Below, one piece after another: positions 19,686-29,463 of a DNA stretch of 64,000 nucleotides (position 1 is the first letter of the stretch; every line of letters starts with the position of its first letter). Origin of the DNA: Acidobacteriota bacterium (lineage in GTDB: Bacteria > Acidobacteriota > UBA890 > WLXD01); contig CAXWPH010000015.1 in assembly GCA_963666055.2 (NCBI GenBank), forward strand, positions 352,001 through 416,000, given 5' to 3'. The notes below the pieces were generated by a model. The model was not told the DNA's origin, did not search any database, and saw nothing but the letters and a program-made list of their open reading frames with translations. The translations under genes were made by a program, and so were the position numbers.

Positions 19686-22100
19686 ATGCCGAGCTTGGAG
19701 CGTGGTCGGCGTGTGCCGCGACCTGGTGCGATCGCAGCGCTCGCCGCTGTCACGTCCGTGTCCGCGATCGTCCTGCTGACGATCGGCTGTGGCCCGGGAG
19801 CGTCCCCCGGGGCACGGCTCGACGAGCTCCGCGGCGACCGCAAGCTCAACGTCCTGCTGGTGACGCTCGACACGACGCGCGCCGATCGACTCGGCGTGTA
19901 CGGCTTCGACGAGGTCGACACCCCGGTCATCGATGGGCTTGCCGCCCGCGGCGTCACCTTCATGCGCGCCTACGCCTCGACGCCGCTGACGCTGCCCTCG
20001 CACACCTCGCTATTCACCGGAACCCATCCGCCCTACCACGGGGTACGCGACAACGGCGCCCACATCGCGCCAGAAGGGCTGCAGACCCTGGCCGAGAGCT
20101 TCCAGCAGGCCGGCTACCGAACTGGCGCGTTCGTCGGAGCCTTCGTGCTCGACTCGCGCTGGGGCCTGGCCCAGGGGTTCGACCGGTACTTCGACGAGTT
20201 CGAGTTGCCCAGGCAGCGAATGATCTCTCTGAGCACCGTGCAGCGCTCCGGATCCGAGGTCGTCGACACCGCCCTGGCGTGGGCCCGCGAGGACGACACC
20301 ACCCCGTTCTTCATGTGGGTGCACCTGTACGATCCGCACACCCCGTACGATCCACCCGAGCCCTTCAGGTCACGATACGCCGACCAGCCCTACGTCGGCG
20401 AGATCGCCTGGACCGACTCCGTGGTCGGCAGGCTGACCTCCTGGCTGGACGACTCCGGCCGATCCGACGACACCTACGTGGTGGTGGCAGCCGATCACGG
20501 CGAGAGCCTCGGCGAGCACGGGGAGAACGAGCACGGGCTGCTGCTGTACGAGTCGGCCATCCGGGTGCCGCTGATCATCGCCACGCCGTTCGACGAGCCG
20601 CAGGGCATCCAGCGCCACGAGCTGGTCTCGTTGATCGACGTCATGCCGACCGTGCTGGAGTTGACCGGGCTGGAGGTCCCCGAAGAGGTGCATGGCAGGA
20701 GCCTGGTACCGCTGTTTACCAACGACGCCGAGGTCGAGGGCAGGCCCGACGAGCGCGTCTATGCCGAGACCTTCTACCCGCGCCTGCATTTCGGCTGGAG
20801 CGAGCTCCAGGCGATCCTCGAGCCCACCCACAAGCTCATCATCTCGTCCGAGCCGGAGCTCTACGATCTTCTGCAGGACCCCGAGGAGCAGGAGAACCTC
20901 GCACCGCAGCGCGCCGCCACGGCAGAGGCGCTGCGCCGGGAGGCCGAGGAGCTGGTGGCGCAGTTCGAGGAGAACGCCAACCCGGCGAACACCGTCACGC
21001 TCGACCAGGAGACTCTGCAGCGGCTCGCCGCGCTCGGGTACATCGGCGGCTACAGCGCCGATGCAGACGACCCGGAGGTCAAGCGCGCTAACCCGAGGGA
21101 CAAGATCGAGATATACAACGACCTGCTGCGGGCCCGCAGTCTGACCCTCCGGAACGAGCCGGCCGAGGCCGAGGTGCTCCTGCGGGGGGTTATCGTCGAG
21201 GATCCTGGCGTGGTCGATGCACACCAGTCGCTCGGCAACCTGCTCGTCGAGCAGCTCCGCTACGACGAAGCGATCGAGGTTTTCGAGACCGCCCTCTCTA
21301 TGCGGCCCGAGGATGCAGCCCTGGTGCTCCTTCTCGCCACCACGCAGAGGCAGGCCGGTCGGTTGGACGAGGCCGAGAAGGTGTTGCTGGACTTCATCGA
21401 CGTCCTTGAGCCGGATGCCCGGCTGTACATCAGCCTCGGACGCATCAAGCAGGCGACGCGCTCCTACACCGAGGCAGCAACCTATTTCAACGAGGCGTTG
21501 CGCCTCAGCGAGGATGCTCCGGCGAGCAACATCATGGCCGGCGCGCACGTCGGGCTCGGGGCTGTCCTGCTGGCCAGCGGCCGCCTGAGCCTGGCGGAGG
21601 AACACCTGAACCTGGCGCTCGGCTTCAACGATAGCCTCGCCGATCTGCACTTCCAGCGCGCCTTGCTGTTCCAGGCCCGGGAACAGCCGGACGAGGCGAT
21701 CGGAGCCTACCGCCGCGAGCTCGAGAGCTCGCCGCGCAACGGCAGGGCCGCCTTCAACCTCAGCGTCATCTACCGCAACCGCGGTGACCTCGTCGAGGAG
21801 GAGCGCTACCTGCGTCTGGCCCTCGAGATCAACCCGCAGTTCGCCGGTGGGCGCCTTTTCCTCGCCCGCATCTACCTGCTGAAGAACGAGCGCCTCGACG
21901 AGGCCGTGTCGCTCGTCGAGGGGGCGCTGGAGCGACTCGAGTCGTCGACTGCGCGCGGAGTGCCGCAAGAAGTGACCAGGCAGGACCAGGTGCTGGGTCA
22001 TCTCTTGCTGGCGGATATCTACAATCGACTCGGCAGAAACGAGCTCTCCAACCAGCACGCGCGTCTCGGGACGCAGCTGCGTACCGGCACACAGCGCTGA
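19686..22100 (+). CDS. Sulfatase-like hydrolase with C-terminal TPR repeats (lipoprotein)
   Basis: NVLLVTLDTTRAD, TLPSH, HLYDPH, DHGE, LAALGY; TPRs. Confidence 0.88.
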   Translation: MPSLERGRRVPRPGAIAALAAVTSVSAIVLLTIGCGPGASPGARLDELRGDRKLNVLLVTLDTTRADRLGVYGFDEVDTPVIDGLAARGVTFMRAYASTPLTLPSHTSLFTGTHPPYHGVRDNGAHIAPEGLQTLAESFQQAGYRTGAFVGAFVLDSRWGLAQGFDRYFDEFELPRQRMISLSTVQRSGSEVVDTALAWAREDDTTPFFMWVHLYDPHTPYDPPEPFRSRYADQPYVGEIAWTDSVVGRLTSWLDDSGRSDDTYVVVAADHGESLGEHGENEHGLLLYESAIRVPLIIATPFDEPQGIQRHELVSLIDVMPTVLELTGLEVPEEVHGRSLVPLFTNDAEVEGRPDERVYAETFYPRLHFGWSELQAILEPTHKLIISSEPELYDLLQDPEEQENLAPQRAATAEALRREAEELVAQFEENANPANTVTLDQETLQRLAALGYIGGYSADADDPEVKRANPRDKIEIYNDLLRARSLTLRNEPAEAEVLLRGVIVEDPGVVDAHQSLGNLLVEQLRYDEAIEVFETALSMRPEDAALVLLLATTQRQAGRLDEAEKVLLDFIDVLEPDARLYISLGRIKQATRSYTEAATYFNEALRLSEDAPASNIMAGAHVGLGAVLLASGRLSLAEEHLNLALGFNDSLADLHFQRALLFQAREQPDEAIGAYRRELESSPRNGRAAFNLSVIYRNRGDLVEEERYLRLALEINPQFAGGRLFLARIYLLKNERLDEAVSLVEGALERLESSTARGVPQEVTRQDQVLGHLLLADIYNRLGRNELSNQHARLGTQLRTGTQR

Positions 22101-22102
22101 CC

Positions 22103-23335
22103 ATGCACGCGACGGTAGTCCGGGTCGGCCTGCACATCGTCGTCTGCTCCTTCCTGGCCGCTCCAAGCCTTTTCGGTTCGACTTCAGCGACATCGGCCTC
22201 GCTGGCTTTGATGGGTACGCGGTCGGCAGCCCATCAGGAATCTGAGACCGCGCAGACGCCAGCCGAGGAGTTCGACCAGGCGATGCAGACCGCTGCGGCG
22301 GCCCTACAGAACGGCGATTTCGAGTCGGTTCTCAGGGCGGCGACGGCGTACGAGCGCGCCCACGAGCTGCGTCCCGAGAGTATCCAAACCTGCCTGGCGC
22401 TCGGGCGCACCTACCGCCGTCTCACCCTCCATGAGAAGACGATCGCCCTCATCGATGACTGTCTGGCCGCGGCTGGCCCGGCCCCGAACCTCGAGCTGAT
22501 GAGGGGGCGAACGCTGCTTCAGATGGGCATGGGGTCGGAGGCGCGAGCCGCCTTCGAGGCGGCCACAGCGGCGGGCGCCGTGGACGCGCGCTCCGATCTC
22601 GGCCTCCTGGCGTGGGCACAGCGCGATCTCGACGTCGCCGTGGAGGAGTTCGAGGCGCTGATCCGGGTGCGTCCGCGCCGAGCCCTGGTGTACGTGCGCC
22701 TCGCCGAGGTGTACATCGATCGCCTGGAGGTCGCGACCGCTGAAGGACTGCTCCAACGTGTCCTCGAAATGCAAGCCTGCTGCGCGGCGCAGGCGCATAA
22801 CCTGCTTGGGCTCATTCGCTACAAGGCCGGCGATCTGGAGGGCGCGGTGACCCACGGGCGCGAGGCAATCCGGCTTGACGCAGATCTGGGACTGGCGCAC
22901 TACAACCTGGCCATGGCCCTTCGCGACAGCGGTCAGCGGGAGCAGAGTCAGCAGGTGATGCAGCGCTTCCAGGAGATCGACAGCGCCGCCAACCAGCGCG
23001 AGCTCGAGGAGAATCGCGCCACGCAGATCGCCGTGTTGAACGCGCAGGGACTCTACTATTTTCGCCGTGACGATCCGGCCGAGGCGCTGAAGCTTTTCGA
23101 GGCCGCGCTCGGGTTTGCGCCCGACGACCCATTGATCCACTTCAACATCGGCCTGTCCAGGTCAGTACTCGGCCAGCACGAAGGTGCGATCACGGCACTG
23201 GAGAGCGCGCGCCAGCTGCAGCCGAAACGCGCGGAGACCTACGTGCTTCTCGCCGCCGCCTACCGTGCGCTGGGTCGAGCGGCGGATGCGCAGCGCGTCG
23301 ACGAGCTGCGCCAGCAGCTCGAGGAACAGCGCTGA
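22103..23335 (+). CDS. Exported TPR repeat protein
   Basis: Multiple TPR-like repeats (AHNLLG, AHYNLA, IHFNIG). Confidence 0.8.
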   Translation: MHATVVRVGLHIVVCSFLAAPSLFGSTSATSASLALMGTRSAAHQESETAQTPAEEFDQAMQTAAAALQNGDFESVLRAATAYERAHELRPESIQTCLALGRTYRRLTLHEKTIALIDDCLAAAGPAPNLELMRGRTLLQMGMGSEARAAFEAATAAGAVDARSDLGLLAWAQRDLDVAVEEFEALIRVRPRRALVYVRLAEVYIDRLEVATAEGLLQRVLEMQACCAAQAHNLLGLIRYKAGDLEGAVTHGREAIRLDADLGLAHYNLAMALRDSGQREQSQQVMQRFQEIDSAANQRELEENRATQIAVLNAQGLYYFRRDDPAEALKLFEAALGFAPDDPLIHFNIGLSRSVLGQHEGAITALESARQLQPKRAETYVLLAAAYRALGRAADAQRVDELRQQLEEQR

Positions 23336-23363
23336 TGAGCTCCTGCTGCAGGCGACTCGCTCA

Positions 23364-25388
23364 TCATCCTCCTCCCTGCTGCTGCGGCTGATCGAGGATC
23401 TGCCGGGCCCTGCCCGCATAGGTTGCGGAGAGCTCTTCGTTGCCCAGCCGATTGTGTAAGTCGGCGAGAAGAAAGAGCCCGAGCGCACGATCCCTCGACG
23501 AGAGCTCGCCCGACAGAGCCCTCTCCGTGATGCCGACCGCTTCCTCGTAGTGTTCTCCCTTTTCGAGATAGGTCCTCGCCAGATAAAGACGCGCCTGCGC
23601 GAGGTCCGGATTGAGCTCGAGAGCGCGGCGTAGAGACTGCTCCTCCCGCCGGGGGTCGCCCAGATTGCGGTACGCCTCGGCGAGCCTCAGGTTTGCCGCG
23701 GCGTGCGTGGGGGCCATCTCCAGCTCTAGGAGGTATTCTCGTGCCGCCTCCGCATGCTCTCCACGGCGAGCCAAGAGCTGACCAAGCATGAAGTGCGCTT
23801 CGGGCAGCCGCTCGTAGATCTGCAACGCTTTGTGGAGGTGCTGTATGGCCCGGTCCTCGTCGCCGGTCTCCACATACACGCCCGCCAGAGTCCGGTGCAC
23901 GATGGCCTCGTCATCGCCGGCCAGCAGTTCCAACAACAGCCCTTCAGCCTCCTCGTATTCTGCTGTCCGGAACAACGAGAACACATCGAGGAGCCGATTG
24001 TGAACCGCGATCTTCGCCCTCGGAGAAGGTACCTCGGCGTTGTCTTCGTCGACGGGTGCGGCGGTGGCGCTCAGGTATCCCAAGGCCGCAAGCTGCCGCC
24101 GGGTCTGCTCGTCGACAACGGTCTGCTCGGCGCTCACGTTCCCTTCCAGCTGGGCAAACATCGCTGCCGCGGTGTTACTCATCTGCAGAAACACGCTGTT
24201 GAGCCTACCGACCAAGTTGTGTTGCTCGTCCGGATCGTCGACCAGATCGAATAGCTCGGGATCCACCGAGGCGATCAGCTTGTAGCGGTCGTTCTGGATC
24301 GACCGTAGCTCGCTCCAGCCGTACCGCAGCCGTGGGAAGTAGCTCTCCGCGTAGACGGTGCGTGGCTGCGCCGCGGCGGCCGGATCAAACAGCGGTGCGA
24401 GGCTCCTGCCTTGCACATACGCTGGAATCGGCAAGCCGCTGAGCTCGAGCACCGTCGGCAGGATGTCGACCAGCGATACGACCTCCGAGCGCCGAGTTCC
24501 CGCGGAACCGCTCAATCGCCCCGAGAAAATGAGCGGAACGTGAAGGGTCTCTTCATAGACGAAGAAACCGTGCTCGTGCTCCCCGTGCTCGTTCAGGCTC
24601 TCGCCATGGTCACCTGCAACCACGATGACAGCCTCCGCCAGCCCGGTGTCGTCGATGGTGCCGATGAGCCGGCCGATCTGGGAATCGACGAAAGCGATCT
24701 CTCCCAGGTAGGGACGTCCCAGGTACTCGGTGCGAAATGGTTCCGGCGGTGCATAGGGAAAATGCGGATCGTAGAGATGAACCCACAGGAAGACCGGCTG
24801 ACCAGGACGTCGATCGTCGAGCCACCGCAGCGACCGGTCGACGACCTCGTCGGCCGAGCGCTCAACGCTCTCCAGAGAGGCGCTCCGCTCCGGTGGTTGG
24901 AACGAGTCGAAATAGGTCTCGAACCCCTGAGCAAGACCCCATCTGGAGTCCAACACGAAGGCGGCGACGAAGGCAGCCGTCTGATAGCCGTTGGCTCGGT
25001 AGATCTCCGCCATCGTCTCGATCTGCTGCGGAACGACAAAGCCGCCGTTGTCGCGAACCCCGTGGTACGGAGGATAGGTTCCGGTAAAGATCGATGCGTG
25101 CGACGGCAAGGTGAGCGGTGTCGGTGAAACCGCCCGCGTGAAGGTGACCCCGCGCCTCGCGAGGCCATCGAGGTTCGGTGTCTGAACCCCATCGAAGCCG
25201 TAGACCCCGAGGCGATCCGCCCGCAGCGTGTCGATGGTGATGACGATGACGTCGGGCTTGTCTTGCCCGGCCACGGCAGGTCGGGGTGTCGCTTCCACGC
25301 CGGACGGTGTCTGCATCCAGGACCATACAAGGCCTATGAGCAGGGTGCGGAGCAGAACCCGTGAGCGCTTGACGGACCAAACCTGCAT
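23364..25388 (-). CDS. Sulfatase-like hydrolase with C-terminal TPR repeats
   Basis: DTLRAD, TLPSH, HLYDPH, DHGE; paralog of 19686-22100. Confidence 0.88.
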   Translation of the reverse strand: MQVWSVKRSRVLLRTLLIGLVWSWMQTPSGVEATPRPAVAGQDKPDVIVITIDTLRADRLGVYGFDGVQTPNLDGLARRGVTFTRAVSPTPLTLPSHASIFTGTYPPYHGVRDNGGFVVPQQIETMAEIYRANGYQTAAFVAAFVLDSRWGLAQGFETYFDSFQPPERSASLESVERSADEVVDRSLRWLDDRRPGQPVFLWVHLYDPHFPYAPPEPFRTEYLGRPYLGEIAFVDSQIGRLIGTIDDTGLAEAVIVVAGDHGESLNEHGEHEHGFFVYEETLHVPLIFSGRLSGSAGTRRSEVVSLVDILPTVLELSGLPIPAYVQGRSLAPLFDPAAAAQPRTVYAESYFPRLRYGWSELRSIQNDRYKLIASVDPELFDLVDDPDEQHNLVGRLNSVFLQMSNTAAAMFAQLEGNVSAEQTVVDEQTRRQLAALGYLSATAAPVDEDNAEVPSPRAKIAVHNRLLDVFSLFRTAEYEEAEGLLLELLAGDDEAIVHRTLAGVYVETGDEDRAIQHLHKALQIYERLPEAHFMLGQLLARRGEHAEAAREYLLELEMAPTHAAANLRLAEAYRNLGDPRREEQSLRRALELNPDLAQARLYLARTYLEKGEHYEEAVGITERALSGELSSRDRALGLFLLADLHNRLGNEELSATYAGRARQILDQPQQQGGG

Positions 25389-25397
25389 CCAGGCTAC

Positions 25398-25676
25398 CTA
25401 GCAGGCCGTGGTGAAAGTGTGGTGGGTCTGGTTACGGCGAGTTGGGGCCAGATGCAAGGCGGCCTGACACGGGCGATGCCCCGGCCATCGTCGAGGAAGG
25501 CCAACGCCGCAAATGGCCCCAAATCGCCGTAACCCTTCGGGCGACAGGGGGTTGCGCGCGTATCCTGCGTCGTTCCTCGTCCACGATGGGGTAACCATCG
25601 CCTCCTCCTCTCTCCTTGCCTCCACTTCGCAAGTCCCTGTCGACAGACCCACCACACTTTCACCACGGCCTGCTAG
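25398..25676. mobile_element. 279-bp MITE-like element, copy 1
   Basis: 33-bp perfect terminal inverted repeats including CTAG at both ends; near-identical copies at 31113 and 51525. Confidence 0.88.
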
Positions 25677-25802
25677 GGCTCCTGATCATAGGTACGGCGA
25701 CGTTTGCCGGAGCGAAACGCGGGCGACATCGAGAAAGGGGGGGGCAGGCGATGCCTCAGCCATCTACGCGAGGTGTGAACGGCAGATCGAAGAAAACGAC
25801 AA

Positions 25803-25834
25803 GCGGGGTGCGGCCCTGGAGGACCGCACCCCGC
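25803..25834 (-). terminator. Intrinsic terminator after the TonB-dependent receptor
   Basis: GCGGGGTGCGG/CCGCACCCCGC 11-bp stem followed by a T-rich stretch on the minus strand. Confidence 0.65.
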
Positions 25835-25863
25835 GTTATCGCTTGTCGTTGAGGGTCAGCGAA

Positions 25864-28800
25864 TCAGAAGGAGAGTCGTGCTCCGATCCTGAACTGCCGC
25901 CCGGGCAGCAGGCCACCTGTTGTCCGGGGCGACCCGACGGCGGAGACGCGGCCCCCGGACGCGTCGCGATGCACGTTGAAGGTTCGGCTTCTGTCCTCTT
26001 GGACGTTGGTCGGGGAGAAGTCGTTGAGCAGGTTGAATCCGTCGACCATCAGCTCAAAGCGGCCACCATCCCCCATCTCAAAGGACTTCGAGAGCCGCAG
26101 ATCGAGCTGCTTGAGCGAATCCCACCGCCTGCTGCCGACCTTCTCGATGTTGGAGCGGCCGTAGTCGGCGTTTTGAAGCCCAATCCGACTGTTCCTCTGT
26201 TGCAGGTTCCACGGCCGACCCGACGCGAAGTTCCAGTACATACCCGCAAGGATGTTTCCGGGCAGCCTGTAGTTGCCCAGTACCTTCCAGCTCCACGCCC
26301 TGCTGAAGCGCAACGGGCCAGACTCGGAAAACGGGTGGCCGTTGAAGTTCGGGTTGTCTTCCTGGTCGAAGCCTCTTCCCCAGACGCTCTGGCCGTCGCC
26401 GTTCTCCTTCGTTCCCCGGTTGTTCTGGTAGGTGACGGAGGTGCTGAAGTTGAGGCCGGAGCCCGTGCGCCGTCGGTCCAGCGTCAGCGACACGATGTCG
26501 TGCGTTCGGGTGTAGTAGGGGCTGTTGGTGAAGGCTTGGTCAGTGAAGCCGGTGTCTTTGTGGTAGAGCGTTTGCGTTTGACCGGTGGCCACGGTTCCGT
26601 CCGCCAACAGCGTGTCGGGGGCGGTGTATTCGAAGGCCGTGAACTGATGGTCAATCTGGTCGTCGTAGTTGAAGAAGTTGCTGTCGTCTTTGTGGATATA
26701 GTCGACACCCACGACCCAGTCGTTGACGAATTCAAACTCGAAACCGATGTTGATGACATCGGTGTGCAACGAATGCAAGTCCTCCGGGATCGGGAATTGT
26801 GGGGCGTCCTGCGTTCTCAGGTTCGCAGGTACAAACGTAGCGTCTTGCAGCGCTATTGCTTGTGCGTCGGTTAGGTTTGCCAGGTCGACGCTGCTGTCGA
26901 AAAAGTCTGTCGCATCGAAGAAGTACGACGCGTAGGACTTGTAACCGAGGTTTTCGCGAAACGCGCCGCCACTGGCTCTCGAGATGTGGCCGATGGCGAC
27001 CTTCTCGAAGTAGCGTCCCCAGCTGCCATGCGCGACAGCACGACCATCACCTGACAGATCCCAGGTGAATCCCAACCGTGGCGCCAAGTTGTAGTACTTG
27101 GTTTGCAGCCCCGATCCCGCTGGGGCCCAGGGAGCACTTATATCGGTTCTGGACCCGCCCCTTCCTCCTGTCCGGTCGTAACCGTTCGTCCGGTCGTAGC
27201 GCAGCCCGAGGTTGAGGGTGAGGTCGTCGGTGGCGGTAACGTTATCCTGAAGAAAGGCCGAGCTGCGTACGATCTGGGCCTCGAGGCCAACGTCGTAGTA
27301 ATACGCGTATACGTACAAATAGCCGCCGTGGTAGCCATAGGTATACAGACCGCCTTCGCCGGTATAACTACTGATCCAGCTGGACCAACTGTCGTTGTAG
27401 TCGATACCCAGCTTGACGTCATGCGCGGCGCCCATGAAGTTGTCGACGTACTGGGTCACCGTTGCGGTGATCTCTTTCCGGGCGTTGTCCTCGTCCTCCA
27501 AGAAACCGCGGGTAAGCCTCCTCGACCCGCCGAACCAGTAATCGGGTACGTCACAGCCGGTGCCCGCGTCGGGTTGAGCGCCAGGAGGATTGGCAGATGC
27601 TGGCCCCTCTTGACACTTGATCGGGAGGCGTATGTAGGCCCCCGAATATCCTGCGAAGCGGAGATCGGTGAAGGTGTTGTCGCCCAGTTGGGCTTGCCAG
27701 CTGAACAACCAGGTCGTCGTCTCGATTGAGGTATCCATGGCGACGATGAGCGGCGAACCTGGTCGCAGGCTCTCATTCGACCCTCCGCCCGGATCATGGT
27801 TGATCATGGCACCGAGCGTGTGGCGGTCGTTGAGCAAGTAATCCAGCCTGCCGTGCAGGCGCCATATGTCGTTACCCTGCTGGGCAGATTCGGGGGTGGT
27901 TGCTGCTACTCCGTCGTTGTCCCAGATCGAGTCGGCGACATTCCCACCGAGACTTTCTTGACGAGCGGCGCTGGCAAAGAAGAGCAGCTTGTTGCGCACA
28001 ATCGGGCCACCGAAAGTGGCGGAAAACTCGCGGTCGTACGAGAACTTTCCGCGCTCGAGATCGACGATGCCGCCCGAGTTGTCGCTTCTCAGCGAGCCGC
28101 CCTCCCAGTAGAAAGAGCCCGTGCCATGAAACTCGTTGGTGCCCCCCTTGGTGATCATATTGATCATCGCGCCAGTGAAGTTGCTGTACTCGGCGCTGGC
28201 GCCGACACCGACAATCTGGATCTCGGCGATGGAATCGACGTTCGGGTTGATCCAAGTGTTACCCCAATCGCCCTCGTTGACGTCAACGCCGTTGAGCCGG
28301 TAGCCGTTGGTTGCCGAACCGATCCGATGCGAGCTGGAGCCCTCGGAGTGGTTGCCGCCGGCGCCATAGGCTCCCTTGTCGGCGAAACCAGGGGCGAAGT
28401 TCGTTATCTCGGAGAACTCCCGCGGCGCCGGAATGTTTTCCATCAGATCCGAGCCGTATGACGTCGTAAGCGATGCCGACTCCAAGTCGATCAACGGTGT
28501 CTCGGAGATCACTGTGACGGTCTCTGAGATCCCCGCCAGCTCCAGCACCGCAATCACGTTTGAGGTTGTGCCGACGCTCACCGGGACGTTGTAAGCCATC
28601 GTCTGGAACCCGGTGAGTGCGACCGTCACGAGGTAGGTTCCCGGCCTGAGATTACGAAACCGGAAGACACCCGAGAGGTCGCTTGTCACCGCGACAGATT
28701 CCTGGATGAGGTTGTCCCCCTCGATGGTGGCGGTGGCGCCGGGCAGCCCCGCACCATCCACGTCGTGAATCTCTCCGGCGATCATTCCGGTGCTCCGAGC

Positions 28801-28872
28801 GCCCTGCGCCATCACCTGCGCGGGGAGTATCAAAAGCATAGCGATGGTCAAAACCGCCAGCTTGTTGCGCAT
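25864..28872 (-). CDS. TonB-dependent receptor with N-terminal carboxypeptidase-regulatory-like domain (Oar-like)
   Basis: Signal peptide, LPGATATI..G.F....LRPGTY, plug SAEY..GA.IN..TKGGTNEFHG, C-terminal Phe; RBS GGAGG. Confidence 0.92.
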   Translation of the reverse strand: MRNKLAVLTIAMLLILPAQVMAQGARSTGMIAGEIHDVDGAGLPGATATIEGDNLIQESVAVTSDLSGVFRFRNLRPGTYLVTVALTGFQTMAYNVPVSVGTTSNVIAVLELAGISETVTVISETPLIDLESASLTTSYGSDLMENIPAPREFSEITNFAPGFADKGAYGAGGNHSEGSSSHRIGSATNGYRLNGVDVNEGDWGNTWINPNVDSIAEIQIVGVGASAEYSNFTGAMINMITKGGTNEFHGTGSFYWEGGSLRSDNSGGIVDLERGKFSYDREFSATFGGPIVRNKLLFFASAARQESLGGNVADSIWDNDGVAATTPESAQQGNDIWRLHGRLDYLLNDRHTLGAMINHDPGGGSNESLRPGSPLIVAMDTSIETTTWLFSWQAQLGDNTFTDLRFAGYSGAYIRLPIKCQEGPASANPPGAQPDAGTGCDVPDYWFGGSRRLTRGFLEDEDNARKEITATVTQYVDNFMGAAHDVKLGIDYNDSWSSWISSYTGEGGLYTYGYHGGYLYVYAYYYDVGLEAQIVRSSAFLQDNVTATDDLTLNLGLRYDRTNGYDRTGGRGGSRTDISAPWAPAGSGLQTKYYNLAPRLGFTWDLSGDGRAVAHGSWGRYFEKVAIGHISRASGGAFRENLGYKSYASYFFDATDFFDSSVDLANLTDAQAIALQDATFVPANLRTQDAPQFPIPEDLHSLHTDVINIGFEFEFVNDWVVGVDYIHKDDSNFFNYDDQIDHQFTAFEYTAPDTLLADGTVATGQTQTLYHKDTGFTDQAFTNSPYYTRTHDIVSLTLDRRRTGSGLNFSTSVTYQNNRGTKENGDGQSVWGRGFDQEDNPNFNGHPFSESGPLRFSRAWSWKVLGNYRLPGNILAGMYWNFASGRPWNLQQRNSRIGLQNADYGRSNIEKVGSRRWDSLKQLDLRLSKSFEMGDGGRFELMVDGFNLLNDFSPTNVQEDRSRTFNVHRDASGGRVSAVGSPRTTGGLLPGRQFRIGARLSF

Positions 28873-28943
28873 TCCACTTCCTCCTGGGGAGACGCCCGTC
28901 ATCCGAACGGGCAATGCTTACCTTGTGCATTGCACAAGAGCGA

Positions 28944-28960
28944 TGCAAAAATCGTGCCTA
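28944..28960 (-). promoter_or_regulatory. Sigma-54 (-24/-12) promoter of the receptor gene
   Basis: Minus strand TAGGCACGATTTTTGCA = GG-N10-GC, close to TGGCACG-N4-TTGC. Confidence 0.8.
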
Positions 28961-29142
28961 GTGGCCCTTTTGTGGCGTCTTTGCCGACACCGCGCTTGCG
29001 CAAACTCAACAATTCCCTCGTCAGGCCAATGTCTACTGGGCGATTTCGTCCACCTGCCGATCAGTCGTCGCTGGATTGGAGGGCGAGCACAGCACGAAAC
29101 CGGACCCGCTCTGCGGGTCCGCGGCGTCCGGCGCCACTTGAA

Positions 29143-29178
29143 TCCAACTAATTGGGTCCGTCACTCCAACAATTTGGT
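29143..29178. promoter_or_regulatory. Tandem palindromes, candidate enhancer-binding protein sites
   Basis: tCCAActaaTTGG and tCCAAcaatTTGG, starts 22 bp apart, about 190 bp upstream of the sigma-54 motif. Confidence 0.55.
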
Positions 29179-29463
29179 GCATGTCTTACTGTGACCCGAG
29201 GCGGCCCCCCCCCCTTGCAGACGGAGCTTGCCCGTGAACCTACGGCACGTGTTAGTAGCACCGCGCCGCGACCGATGTCAACCGGTGAGGAGCAAACGAG
29301 GCACGTAAATCTCTCGCGTTCCTTCACATTTCCTCACATTTCCGTCGCGGCTATGGACGCGGATCGCACCGTGGAGCAGCCTGTGGATCCATGCTTGAAT
29401 GATTTTCGGGGCGGCTCGCCGGTACCATGCCGACCGCTCGCACGGCTTAGCCAAGGAGGAAGC

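Noticed and set aside
20370-22193. Long antisense ORFs (also 3890-5401, 25513-26874, 38318-39847, 40418-41965, 47674-49056)
   Set aside because: Shadow frames of GC-rich genes, with no recognisable motifs
25394-25666. Repeated small ORFs inside the 279-bp element
   Set aside because: By-products of a repeat; frames differ between copies and no transposase motifs are present
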